The translations under genes were made by a program, and so were the position numbers. A stretch of 63,993 nt of DNA, filler included, from Basidioascus undulatus (taxonomy: Eukaryota): the NCBI GenBank assembly GCA_000826855.1. It is 6 parts of 6 records of this genome, joined end to end, with 100 filler letters (N's around TTAATTAATTAA, not from the genome) between each part and the next. Parts side by side here need not be neighbours in the genome. Positions count along the whole stretch, not along the records: positions 21,666 to 32,394 come from JTLS01001095.1; positions 32,495 to 43,218 come from JTLS01001096.1; 4 more parts are not named here. One strand, given 5' to 3'. The stretch's first letter is position 1. Each line of letters opens with the position of its first letter. Below, one piece after another: positions 23,819 through 36,876 of the stretch. The notes beneath the pieces are model-generated. The model did no database searches, was not told the origin of the DNA, and saw only the letters and a program-made list of their open reading frames with translations.

Positions 23819-24800
23819 ATGTTCGCTACCGCCGTCAAGAACACCTTCCGCGCTGCGGCGCCCATTGCCCGCTCTGCTGCCCGCCCGCGCGTCACGGCTG
23901 CCGTCGCTGGCCCGTCTATGCGCCGCGGCTACCACGAGCGTGTCATCGACGTGCGTTACCCAAACCATTTGGCGATGAAGGAGCTTGTTGCTTATTATGT
24001 TGATCCTAACAGCACTATGAGAACCCGCGCAACGTGAGTTGGCGGTTTGCGGCGGGGGCGCTGAGAGTGCGCAGGGGCTGACGTCTTCGGTGGGTGGGAT
24101 CAGGTCGGCACTCTGAATAAGAACGACTTTGATGTTGGGACTGGTCTTGTTGGTGCTCCTGCGTGCGGTGATGGTGCGTCCTAGCCATTCCATGCGATAT
24201 CCTTCTCGGCGAATGCTGAACATTCGCCCTTCGCCACCAGTCATGAAGCTGCAGATCCGCGTCGACGAGAACGTGCGTTTACGCCCCAGACCTCTCACAC
24301 CACCCCGCCCTCGTTTAACGCTCTCCCTCCGTATACAGGGCATCATCTCCGATGTCAAGTTCAAGACATTCGGCTGCGGCTCCGCGATCGCTTCCTCTTC
24401 GTACATGACCGAGCGCGTCAAGGGCATGACGCTCGAGCAGGCCGGCACGATCAAGAACACCGAGATCGCCCGCGACCTGTGCTTGCCGCCCGTCAAGCTC
24501 CACTGCTCCAGTTCGTCCTTCCTCTCAGTCGTTATGTGGTGTTGCGGATGTTGTGGACGGCGGTGCTGATGGTATGCGGTCGTCGGCAGTGCTCGCTGAG
24601 GACGCGATTAAGTCTGCCATCCGCGACTACCAGGCGAAGGCAAACAAGCGGGGCGGCAACTTTGCGGGCGCTATCGACGTACGTCTTCCACCTCTCTTGA
24701 CGCGGCTCCTCATCCGCTCACCGGGCATCGTCTTCTACAGGTTGCGCAGAGCCTCTCGACTGGCGAGACCGTCGCCACCCCCCGCCCCGGCGCCGCCTAA
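23819..24800 (+). CDS. ISU1: Mitochondrial Fe-S cluster scaffold IscU/Isu1
   Basis: Presequence, YHERVIDHYENPRNVG, GLVGAPACGDVMKLQI, KFKTFGCGSAIASSS, LCLPPVKLHCSMLAEDAI; six GT-AG introns. Confidence 0.97.
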
Positions 24801-25486
24801 GCGCGATTTCCTCCCCTTCCCTCTCCCTCACACCACCTCCGCATATACCACCATGCTGGTCTTTTGTTTCTGCTTCTTCTGCAATCTTATGCACCTGTAA
24901 CGACCTACCCTTTTTGAACGCTACCTTGGCGCCGGGTGGTGGCTCGTGGCTGTCCGTGTATCCGTGTAGGGAGTACACGACGTCGCCCGGGCTGTCACAC
25001 ATGTGAATTCAATTGATGATGACTATCTGACTATCCCGGTCGCGTGTACGTTGGGATGATCTTGGGCTTGGTCCCGACGATTCACGCACGACGGCGATGT
25101 ATGATACGCGTCCCCGAGCGCCCTGGCGTGCGTGAAGCCTCATTTGACGCCGCGGTCATTCGCCGCGAAGACTTTACCATGCCCCGCGACATCCCTGGCT
25201 CAACGTGCACCATTGACAGGTGGGAACAATTGGGCACAGAGTGGTCTCAAGCGCTTTGAAGCGCGACGGCGCGTGTCGCGCCGCTACTAGACTCTGAACG
25301 TGGCTCTTGGGCGAATCTCCGGCTCAACCTACCCACAGACCAAAAGATGATGTGAGGGTGAATGCGGGCTAATCCAAGCTGATCTCTTGCTCATCTTGCA
25401 CACACAGCAGACCATAGAGTGTAAGGTGAAGTTGAATGCTAGTGGTACAGCAGTAATACAAGATGCGAGTACAGAAGAAACCCTAA

Positions 25487-26159
25487 TCAAAGCTCCTGAG
25501 AAGCGCCGCCCTTTGCGGACTTCTTGCTCTTAGCAGGAAGTAGTTCGCTATGAATGTTCTGTGGTCCCAAGCGAAGGGGCGGGTCAGAACGGCATGTTGA
25601 TGAGGAACGCGGTGAAGAGGGGACGGGGGAAGGGAGAGGGTTTATGCGTGTGTGAAGGGGAAATTGGTGCACGCACGGGAATGACACCACCCTGGGAGAT
25701 GGTAACGTGGCCGAGGAGCTTGTTGAGCTCGTCGTCGTTGCGGATGGCGAGCTGGAGGTGACGGGGAATGATACGCGACTTCTTGTTGTCGCGCGCCGCG
25801 TTGCCCGCGAGCTCGAGGATCTCGGCAGCGAGGTACTCTAATAAATGTCCAACCAATCAATTGGTAAGAACCCAATACCCAGAAACAGCCGAGGAAGGGA
25901 GAGGAAGACGCACCAAGGACGGCAGCGAGGTAGACGGGCGCACCAGCACCGATGCGCTGCGCGTAGTTGCCACGCTTCAGGTGGCGGTGGATACGGCCGA
26001 CGGGGAACTGGAGACTGTGGGTATAGGAAAATGAACGTGAGTGGCGATTCGAAGCGTGAAGAAGACGCCTTGTGCTCACCCAGCCTTCGCAGAGCGCGAA
26101 GAGCCCTTGATCGCGTCGCCAGCGGCGGCCTTACCCCCAGACTTGCCTTTGCCAGACAT
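25487..26159 (-). CDS. HTA1: Histone H2A (intron-containing, C-terminal SQEL phosphorylation motif)
   Basis: [11 protein letters not shown]...[18 protein letters not shown]...[51 protein letters not shown]...GASQEL. Confidence 0.97.
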
Positions 26160-26513
26160 CGTTGATAGTGTTGTGTGGTGGGTGGGGGAGTGGGAGAGGA
26201 GTGGGTGTATGCCTTGAAGTGCGAGTGCAAAATGCGGATGATGAGGAGAGAGGACTGAGGGAGCGCGACTTGCCGTATTTGTATCCCCGCGAGCTGATGC
26301 AAAAGGACGACGTAGCGCGCGACGTAGACACTCTGTGATGATTTCGTGTACAGGTGTACATTAATTCGGACGCGAGCCGGTGATGAAATAAGGACGAGCC
26401 TCGCGCCTCTCGTCCTTGTCCTCCCACCATCTCGCACTTCTCTTCTGCAACGCATACACCCGCTTTTAACAACACTTTCACCACTTCCACACCTAACACT
26501 CCCATCCTCTAAT
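26160..26513. promoter_or_regulatory. Bidirectional H2A/H2B promoter region
   Basis: 354-bp head-to-head spacer with several CGCG cores and a repeated CGCGAGC..TGATGMAA(T)AAGGACGA motif. Confidence 0.7.
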
Positions 26514-27167
<654 letters not shown>

Positions 27168-27769
27168 GCGGTGAACGCGGCATATTGTATCGGTTACTCC
27201 TGTATTACTATTAGCTGTACAACAGACATTTCGCATCTGCACCATTGCGACTGGGCTGCGAGTGCTTTGAGGCGGAATGGGCAAAGCGTGCGCGTTGTAG
27301 GTTTCGGGGTGCGCGTCTCAAAAGAGTTGTAGCACTGCAGTACCGCTGGGCTCTCTTTGAATGTGAAATAAAGCAACATGCGTGCTGCGTTGCATCAAGT
27401 ACAATGTCGAGTGATAGAACGAATGCAGGTCTGCAACCTTATTGAACCGCACTGTCTGTAGAGAGAGCAAGCGGCGGTGTAGACTATGCAGTGCCGACGC
27501 AGCGCAGTCGTCCGTTTCTTCAACAGTAACTTTACGTAACTTGTCTTGATGGCTGGTGTTTAGCATAGGGGATCCATTTTTTAACATATCTGAGAAGAGG
27601 AACGTTCAGTACGTAGGCAATTACGGCTGGTGTGGTCGGCAAGAAGCAATCGTCGCGCACTGCATCGCGTGCTCGCGTGTCTGAACTGTCAGACCGCACC
27701 CGGGGTGATCTCAAGAACGACTCCTCAACCTGCCGCGAGTTCATCTTGTCTCTTGAACTGCTCCCAGAA

Positions 27770-28639
27770 ATGCTTCACTGCCCTTCAGAACTATCGTGCC
27801 GTCCATCAACGACGCTCCGACCTCCCGCGCGTTCGAGCTTCGGAGGAGCAGTCCGACAAGATCCTGAAGAAGGCTGCCAAGCAAGACCAGCTGGTGGTTG
27901 TCGGCTTCCATGCGCTGGTATGTCCACAATTGCCCTTCTTTGAGTGGTCCGTGGTGTCGGTAGACTCATGTGCGGAACGGAAGGGTGTGTAGTGGTGCCC
28001 GTACTGCAGGGCCATCAACCCGATCTAGCTAAAGCTCTCGACGGAGGTATCTATCTCTGTAGGATTTATACTTTATTTACTTTCTGAACACCCTTCACTC
28101 AATTGGATCTTCAGTAGCCCCATTCCATCTTCCTCCGGGTGGGCGTGGACGGGCAGCACGACCTTGCCGCGCGCTAAAAGGTTTCGGGCCTGCCGACTTT
28201 CGTCTTCTCCAAGAAGGAGGAGGAGGTTGAGCGTGTCAGGGGCGTCAAGCCGAAGGACCTCAGGGAGGCGGTGGCGAAACACTCTGATCCTCCCCGGGAC
28301 GGGGATGACGATGAGCACGAAGACGAGAAGCTGAGCGGCACGGTGTACGTCTCCCACTTTCAAAGATCGTGACAGATGTGAACGCTGAGTTTCCTTTTTA
28401 TGGAGTTGCCTTCACTCGCCCATAGCACCTTCGCTGCTCCTCTCGCCTCTCCTCCCAGCATTTCGGAGAAGGAGCTCGAGGCTTTCGGGAATGGCGCTCA
28501 GCTGCCGCTGCCCGTCGCCGCGTCCGGCTCGATGAGGACGGCTGAAAAGCTGCGCAAGAAGTGGTACAAGCGGATCGGAATCATTGCTCTGACTGGAGTA
28601 GGATTCTTGGCCTTGGATGTGGTAGCACGGAAGCTGTAG
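27770..28639 (+). pseudogene. Thioredoxin-fold (WCPYC) gene with a predicted C-terminal membrane anchor and two in-frame stops; 5' start uncertain
   Basis: LVVVGFHAL|WCPYCRAINPI*...IFLRVGVDGQHDLAAR*KVSGLPTFVF...VERVRG; intron 28345-28425 joins in frame to ...KKWYKRIGIIALTGVGFLALDVVARKL. Confidence 0.72.
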
Positions 28640-29231
28640 CAGACGGACCACGGCGCTAGGCATAGAGTTGAGATCTGGAGGCGCGGCATCCATGATATTC
28701 ACAAGTGTTCCTCTTTCATCAAGGAGCAGAAATTGTGTGACTAGGTCAAAATATTATCCAGGTCAAACCGGCGCACTGGGGAGGTCACCTATTGTCCGAG
28801 CCAAGAGCGACATAGGACGTCTCAGGCCAAGATCGGTAACGGACTGATCGAAGTTCAGGCGAACAAATATCTTTCTTGTGTCTTTTATCATATCTCATAG
28901 AAATGCGCGTAGCTGCCAGACGCGGCTGATAACTGAATAACCTGCATCGACTAAACACGACGTTTTGCTGCGTACGCTGCAGTGTCACCGGTGACCCGCG
29001 CTGCTCACACACGCACCGCAATGTTCTGATTAATAAACAAATAAAGCCCCCGGATCATCGGTATCGGAAGTCAGTCTTGGCCATGGGCGCTCGTCCCTTG
29101 CGTAAGGTTGCGGAAACGCCGCTGTGCAATTTTGCGCGGTCAGCCGCGGCGGGCTGTCTTCCTTCCCCCACCATCGCCGTCCACAAGCCATTCCCGTCGC
29201 TTTTTTCAACACAATACAGCAAATCAAACCA

Positions 29232-30796
29232 GTCCTCTCTCACTCTCATGACCTGCCGTCCGAGACGCTGATCGACATCTTTGATCACCTCCCCACCGCT
29301 GCGCTCCCCACCGCGGCCCTGGTCTGCCGACGCATTTATCCGATCGCCACAAGCGCCATGTACCGCTCCGTCCACCTTAGATTCAATCACTAAAGCATCT
29401 CCTTCTCCCTCCCAGGCGCTCGTGACAATGTCGCGATGCATCCTCAATCACGCTGTTCGCGCGCACGCTCCGCGAGCAGCCTCGTCTCGCCGCGGACTTG
29501 GACGCGTTGAACTTCGACCTCAACGGCGGAGCCTGGAGCGCTGCCGTCCTTGGGGCGTCAGTCCTGGAGATTCGAGCCGTCTCGGGAACTTTGAGCAAGC
29601 TGTCCCTGTCGCTTTGGTTCAACGACGGCGAGAACTCCGACTTGGGAGGTCGTGCAGTACCTTTCGGACGTTCTCGGCGCTATCGCGGCATGCTTGCAGC
29701 TTACTTCAGTAGAGCTGGAATTCGGAAACACGCATGAAGAGATTGATGATATTTCTATACTCTCCGGGGGCTCATGTTACCCCAGCCGATGACATCGAGT
29801 GTCGCTGTGCCCAGTTTTTGCAGCAGGTCAAGATCGAAGGCTCTCTTCTCTTGAGCTCGCCGACCGCTCTGCCGCATTTGACGAGGCGCCTATTTATAGG
29901 CGCCACCACTATGCGCTCGATTGAATTGGTATGTCCGGGGGGGCGTGGCGCAGCTCGTCTTCCCCAAAGCTCCTTCTTGGGTCCAGCATTGCCCCTGATC
30001 TGCAGTCGCTCACGCTTGGCTTGAGTTTGACGCGAGCCTCATGTCTTTCCTCACTCGACATGAGCGCATTACCCGGATTTCTTTGATCTCCTTGATATCG
30101 CCCAGACGAGCACGTTGGGCCCACTGCGCGGGGACGCGCTGCCTCAGCTTCGGTCGCTCGAGTCCTTCCCCGAAGCAGCGCTCCGCATCATGTCCGTCCC
30201 ATCGGCCCGGAAGCTGCTCGAGCTGGTTTTGCACTTCAAGGACACGGAGCACTCTTCCGCCAGACCAGTGCGGAATTTCTCATGCTCATACCCAGCCGGA
30301 AGACACTCACCCACGTTGTTTTTCTCGGTGCCGTTTGCAAGACGGCCGAGGCCGTCGACCTGCTCTGCGAGTTCTGCCAAGCGCTTCCAAACTTGAGGAG
30401 CATCGCCGCCCCTCGGGCACGCGTACCAGAGCACGAAGCTTCTGTGAATTTTTATATTGGAGTTTTCCGTTGGTTATGCATGGCCTAACTGCTTTATTTC
30501 AACGTGCACTGCAGTGCATCGCGAAAGCCCTCGGCACCCTCCCACATCTTGAGAAGCTGGGCCTGGCGTTCATGGGCAAAGACGACCGCCACATCGCCGA
30601 GATGGTTGAGCTCTGCCCCAAGCTCCCGCTGGTCACTGCGAACGGCCTGCACCACTACATCGTTCGGCGCAACAAGAGCGGAAGTGTGCTTTCTCTGGAG
30701 CTCGACTCTCCCCGCGCGAGCCACGACGCGATGGACCTTGTAGAGGGGACGGTTTCCGCATCGTTATGTGGGCTCTATCCTCTTTATATGATATAA
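29232..30796 (+). pseudogene. F-box/LRR-like protein, disrupted
   Basis: DLPSETLIDIFDHLPTAALPTAALVCRRIYPIATSAMYRSVHL followed by a stop; downstream LRR-like fragments (LPQLRSL, LPNLRSI, LPHLEKLGL) in different frames. Confidence 0.65.
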
Positions 30797-31642
30797 AGAG
30801 CGAACATGAAAGCGCTTTGTGTATAAGCTACCCGCAATGTCCAGCGGCTTCTGATGCAGCGAGTGCAATAGAGGAGTAGAGTCAGGATATTAAGCCACAT
30901 CCCATGAAGGAAAAACAATCCAACCAATTTAGAATCTAATGGCCTTCTCGACATCTGCGTCGAAAGGGCAAGAGGACACCGCAGAGGCAGCCGACAGTCA
31001 GCTACATGAAGCTGCCCTATCCTCTCGATCGCGTCTAACTGGGAAAAACCTTCGTCCTCTCAAGGCCGCTGGGTTTCCTCCCGTTCCTTCTTTCCCATTC
31101 TAAAGATAGATTTGGTATCCTTTTGCCCCTGATGCGCTTCAATGTCCAGCATAGGTCCATAAGCGTGTGCAGCCGAGACTTGCAAGGTTCCACAGAATAC
31201 CGGCCAACCTTCGCGTCAAATGGAGTTCTCGCAAAACAATTATGAAAAAAAGGCTCTGGTAGGTCCATGCCAAGAACAGCATCCAGGCCTGGAGCCTCCT
31301 TGAGTTTGTGTTACGACACCTTTGTAGAAGCTGGGTCGTTCCACGGTCCCCACTGTCTTCCCTCCACAGGAGGCGTTTATACTCGGGGCAGAAGCCCTTA
31401 AACGTGGCCGCGTACATACTTTCCCCCAGGCAGTCTCTAACGAACCAAATTCCCCAGGGCCGATCCAATACGTTCACCGGTCTTTGCAACCTGCGCGGGC
31501 ACCCCGCTAACCTCAAACCCGATCGACAACCAAACAACAGGTGTACCCGATCGACGTACAACACACAAGAAGAAATGACATGCAACATCCCGGCCCTAGA
31601 TATAGAAACCAAAAGACGAAAACGCAAGAACCCCCTCTCTTA

Positions 31643-32394
31643 TCACGCGTACTCCCACTCCTCTCGCACCCCCCGCGCGCGCAGCAGCAGATCCCTCCCC
31701 TCGCTGAAGCGATGCGCGAATGCGGGCGGAGACGCCGGTGCGTGCCGATAGCTGTCCATCTCCTCCTCACCGACGTCCAGCGCTTCGTTGTCGTCATCGT
31801 CGTCGTTGTATGCGGGCGAGAGTCGGAACAGTGAGAGCACCGCGGTGGGGGCGGGGTACCGCGCGTGTGGCGGAGGGGTGGGGTAGTCGTCGCGTTCGAG
31901 TTCGTGAGGCGGAAGAGCGACGAGGTAGGCGTCCGCGGGCGGGGGCGAAGAGGGCGCGCGTTCGGCGTCCGCTGGAAGAGCGGGGAGGAATACGTCCTCG
32001 TCTCCGTCTTCTTCGTCGTCTTGGTCTTTAACGACATATTCGTGCGAGAAGGGGGTGTCTGCATCTGCGTCGGGCGCAGCTGGTGCAGTTGGGAAGTAGA
32101 GGAACTGCGGTGCGTCGGGGAGGGGGACGGAGAATGTGCGTGCGTTCTCCGCGGGGAACTCGGCGTCCCCGACAATCGCGCCCAGGTCGTTGGGCGCAGG
32201 GGGAGCTTCGGGCAGGGTGAGGGGGAAGGAGAAGGCACGCACGTCGTGTACGGGAGGGAAGGCGTCGTCGGGGTCGGGGTCCTGGACAATTTCATCGACG
32301 CCGTCCATAGGCGCGCAACCGTCCGCCGCCGCCGCGTGTGCGTCGGCCCAGCCATCCTCGACGTCCATTCCGCCATCAGGCTCGTCCGCCCAGA
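31643..32394 (-). CDS. C-terminal part of an unidentified acidic, Pro-rich protein (5' cut by contig end)
   Basis: Open frame of about 250 codons with strong G/C third-position usage, ending ...GVREEWEYA*. Confidence 0.6.
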
Positions 32395-32494
32395 NNNNNN
32401 NNNNNNNNNNNNNNNNNNNNNNNNNNNNNNNNNNNNNNTTAATTAATTAANNNNNNNNNNNNNNNNNNNNNNNNNNNNNNNNNNNNNNNNNNNN
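32395..32494. other. Artificial contig linker
   Basis: N44-TTAATTAATTAA-N44. Confidence 0.98.
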
Positions 32495-32602
32495 GCCCTC
32501 CGCCCTCCGTTGACGCTCCGCCCGCACTGCCCTTCCCCGATCCTTCGGGCATCACTCTCTACCCCTACGATCTTTTCCCTTTTACCCCGACCACCTCCAC
32601 CA

Positions 32603-33555
32603 GGCCAGCGCGAGTTCGTCAACATGCTGCCCCTAGTCTGCAACGACGCGGTCGCGATCCTGTTCATGTTTGACCTCTCGCGCAAGAGCACGCTCAACTC
32701 GATCAAGGAGTGGTACCGCCAGGCGAGGGGGTTCAACAAGGTGCGTCGAAATCCCGCAGAATGCTCTCCTTCCCTGTCCCTGCCTTCGCTCCGCTTCCCT
32801 TCCGTTTTCCCCTCCGCTCCCCTTCGCCTTCGTTTCTTCCTCTCGCCTTCCCTCCGTCACCTTGCCCCCAGCTCCCCTTCCCCTCCTACCGCTCCTTCTT
32901 CCCGTCCCCTCCGCGTCCTCTTCAGATTTCCTTTCCTCCTGTCTACTCCTGTTCCTCTGCTCCCGTTCCTCTGCTCCGCCTCCTCATTTCCTCCGCTTGG
33001 ATCTGGTAGAAACTGACTTGCACCACTATGGCGTGGTGAACGAATAGACCGCAATCCCCTTCCTGATCGGGACAAAGTTTGATGTGTTTTCGGGGATGCC
33101 GCGGGAGGACCAGGAGGAGATTACGAAGCAGGTGCGGTTTTCTCCCTTCCTTCTCCATTCCTCATTCCTCCTTCCTCCCCGCTTCCTCCTCACCCTGCCT
33201 CCGTCTTCTTGGTGCTGGTGGTCCATGTGGTGGCTGACGTGATGGGGGGGCACTTGTGCACGTGTGGGGTGTGGTGCGGCATTCAGGCCAAACGCTTCTC
33301 ACGAGCGATGCACGCGCCGTTGATCTTTTGCTCGACGTCACACTCGATCAACGTACAGAAGATCTTCAAGATCGTCTTGTCGTGCGTTTTTCTCTCTTCA
33401 CTTTCCGCCTTCTTCGCCCGCCCTCCCTTCCAACCCGCGGAATTCGACTCATTCTTTTGATCGTCAACAGAAAAGCGTTCGACCTCAAGTGCACGATACC
33501 GGAGATCACCCAAGTCGGCGAGCCGCTGCTCCTCTACCTGGGCGACTCGTCCTGA
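32603..33555 (+). CDS. SPG1: Septation/mitotic-exit small GTPase Spg1/Tem1, 3' exons
   Basis: GQREFVNMLPLVCNDAVAILFMFDLSRKSTLNSIKEWYRQARGFNK|TAIPFLIGTKFD...APLIFCSTSHSINVQKIFKIVLS|KAFDLKCTIPEITQVGEPLLLY. Confidence 0.95.
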
Positions 33556-34281
33556 GCCTGTGCCCCCACCTCCCCACCTCCCCCTCTTCCACCCTCATCT
33601 GCACGTCTCCTTTCGGTCCCTCATTGCACACCTCGCATCGGTCTTTCGCTCTTTGAACATTCCGGCTCTGCCTGCCCTATCCCCCAGCTTCGCTTCGCCT
33701 TATCACCTTCCCCGTCCCCGTTGCCTCCCGGCACCACACACTTTCCCTTCGTTCTCCAGCAAGTATCACATGCACTATCCCCGCCGTTCGTTACACCCTT
33801 CCATTCGACACGCTTTCTCACAGAAGTCGCATTGCTCATTCTTCTCGCTCTTCGTCCTGACTTCTTTCGGCGTTTAGTTACTTCATTACTTGCTTACTTT
33901 GTTTGTTCGCCACCCACACGCTCAACATACCCCCCGCGCACATATTCCCAATTGAGATGTACAATTGCGTGCTGCGTGCGTGTGCGAGAAGATGACTGTG
34001 CGTGGGCTCCTATTTCAACATGGAAGAGCTGTAGTGATCACTGCCTGAAGCTGAATTGTAATGCGGATCAAATCATTTCCAAAAAGACGCAAAGCATTCC
34101 GCGGACCAGGTTGTGCGGCATAGACTAGCGCAGTAGTTTTTTGGACGTCTGGAGGGTTTGGAAAATTTGGAACGCGAGGCGTACGCGACCGAGTCAATGG
34201 CTCGGCGTGTTGTGCCCGCCGCTATTCGCTTCCGGCCACCACCACCATCGCCCAAAGACATAAATCAAGCTCACTTCCAGT

Positions 34282-35000
34282 ATGCGTCACATCCTCGACT
34301 ATCCGAACGAGATCCTCTCCCAAATTCTCTTTGAGGCCTACTTCGCCAACGATTCCGCGCCCGCTACCGGAACCTCGCCGTCCTCCCGCTCTTCCTCTGC
34401 AAGCGTCTCACGCCCCTTGCACTCGATCATCTCGAGCGCAGCGTGTAACTCACCAGCTCTTCTCAGTGCCCTCGTTCCTCGCTTATCTTCGGCAGAACAA
34501 GGGTGCGGGGGGACGGGTATCGAAGCTCACCATAATCGCTTTGTTTGATGACGCTATTGTAGTGGAGATCCTCCGCTCATGCTCTCGGGTGATCACACTC
34601 AAGCTCTGGTTTCTGGGGATGTATCCCCCCTTCAACGACGGGCCGCTCTTTGAAGCCTTGAGACTCCTCCAGCCCCAGTCAGTTTCGCTGTTTTCCAATT
34701 TCAAGGGTAGGCTGGCCGGTGCAGGCACGGACGAGGTTGTTCTGGATCTGCTCGACTCCGGTCCCAGCGCAGACTGCGCTGCCTGTCCCTCGGGGGAGAC
34801 TTCAGTTCCGACGCGCTGGAATGGGCTTCCCTCCCTGTCTCTGTGCTGCGTCTCCATCCTATGACCTTTTGCGGACCTGCGTTCAGCCTGATGAGCAACC
34901 GGCACATCAACAGGCTCGAGATGGTGCCGGGGAGGACGTACAATCATGCAAGGACTTACGGCTACAACTGTATGCCTTAGAACGCGAGAGACGCGCTGCT
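34282..35000 (+). pseudogene. F-box-like protein remnant
   Basis: MRHILDYPNEILSQILFEAY start; the coding signal shifts frame near 34380-34400 and breaks again near 34860. Confidence 0.45.
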
Positions 35001-35814
35001 CAGGAGGGTAGACGTGCTGGACTTGATTCCGGACTGGAACAGGCTTTGAGGCACGGAGGCGGCGGGAGTCGGACGAGCGTCGCATCATGCACAATCAAGC
35101 CTGCGTCTCGGCGTGCGTCAGTGCAGCCAGCTTGCAGGTTATCGGTGTTGCTGTACCTGCTCGAACATGACAGAGATGCTGTCTACGGTATTCCTGGGCT
35201 GGTTCCTAAAGGTTGAGTAGGAAGGACAGGTTCACAGGGTCTGCAATACGCGAAAATCGGAGCAGGCCTGCAAAATCAAACAGGCACATTGTTGGATCTC
35301 ATCAGTTTGCCACCATTGTTAAGGTCTTATCCGCATCTCCATCCGAATAAGCTGAGCCAATGTTATATGGCAATTGGACACGTAAATATTGTCAACCAAT
35401 AACTTGAAGACTTGGCGTCTCTTGTTATATCGCCTTGCACTGCCATGCTACTTTATGCTATGCACTCGAGAACACCCAGCACGTACTGGAACGTGTGAGG
35501 CTTTTATCTAGGAACCGCTTTGTCTCCTTGGAGGACCCGGTACCGCTTGAGCCATCACAGCGTATCTGAGAGGTTTGTACGGGTGCCGAAGTGCAAGCGC
35601 AGCGGTGGCTTTGTGTAGAAGAGCCGCTCACTGTCCAACTTCAATCGAGTGTGTTGTCGCATTTGAAGGCGGTGATTACCCCCCAGGCACTTACGCTCAG
35701 CCCACAGCAAGGCGGGTTTGCTGCTTTTACAGTAAATGTCAACTTGGAGAGCGGTTTGGCGTCGTCGCAGTGTAGCTTTCAAGACCCAACGGCCATCAGA
35801 TGGTCAGGGCAGCG

Positions 35815-36876
35815 TTAGTAGGCAGTTACGACGTTCTTCAGCCATTCGCCCAGCGCAAGTATCATAGGTTCGGAAACCTGTGACCGGCAGCTCAGCGTTA
35901 GCCACCAGCGTTCTCGGCAGGTTGGAAACTGCTTCGGACTAGAACTCACCCAATGCCTAAGCCCCTCATACGTCTTCAACGTCAAGCAAGCCTCCCCTGG
36001 TCCTGCCTGTTTTCCATCTTCGAGGGAGGTGAGCTCGAATTGGTTGAACAAGAAGTCGCGCGCTCTCTGTCCGTCGGCAAGAGGAATGGTGGTGTCGGCT
36101 GTGCCTTGCGCCAGAAAGAAGGGGGTCTGCCCAATCATTACCATCAGGTGGAGTATATAGTTGGTTACAGAAAGGAAGAGTTTGAATCTTAGGCGTCGCG
36201 CGGGAGGACCATTCCTGCCTGAAACGGATGAGACCAACAGCGTACCAACAGACAACAGCATTCTCGTACCTCGTCCTCCTTCCGTGTGGACTCCGCAAGC
36301 CACCCACAAATGTTTACTACCCCTCCGAGAAGCTGGTTCTTTGGCATTGTCAGGGCGGGGTGGTACCCGAGGGCTGAGCACTGGCTGATCCCGCCGAGCA
36401 CGACGCGCTCGAACGGGATGCCCGTTGTGCGAGCCTCGGAGGCGATGAGGTCCTGCAGCGTCTTGGCGGACGCAGTGAAACTCTCAGGGTCCTCCTGGTC
36501 TGACCATAACAAGAAGGAGCATCAGCTTACTTGCTTTAGACGTTTCTGAAGGGAGTACAGACATCGCGCGCCGGACATGTTGTACCACGACCACATGCGT
36601 ACGGACCCCTGCGCAGAGCCTGTTTGAAGACGTCAATAACCCTGCACATCTTGAAAACCGTGTGCGCATCGGCTCACCGCCCTTGACCGTCAGGTTGCGC
36701 TCCGGGGCTTGCGACAGCACCCAGCGGACGTGAGGCAGCCGGTCGCCAAGCAAGTTTACAAGCTCATACTGCCACGTTCCCGCTCGGTCGCCGAGGCCAT
36801 GCAAGAAGACGACGGTTGCGGTGTAGGTGCCGAGGGCTGGAATGACAAGGGCTTCGAAACGCTCTGGGTCTGACAT
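35815..36876 (-). CDS. Acyl-protein thioesterase 1 / phospholipase-carboxylesterase family alpha/beta hydrolase
   Basis: ATVVFLHGLGD, LPHVRWV, GIPFERVVLGGISQ (nucleophile elbow), LGGVVNICGWL, FLAQGTADTTIP, YEGLRH. Confidence 0.85.

Noticed and set aside
28026..28177. Stop-codon reassignment (TAG/TAA read as Tyr) suggested by the thioredoxin stops
   Set aside because: Intact genes in the window end normally at TAA and TAG (HPT1, ISU1, ERG26, DOA10), so ordinary nonsense mutations are more parsimonious.
31035..31510. Possible helicase or transposon remnant (GMDLP-like)
   Set aside because: A single weak motif with no supporting motifs.
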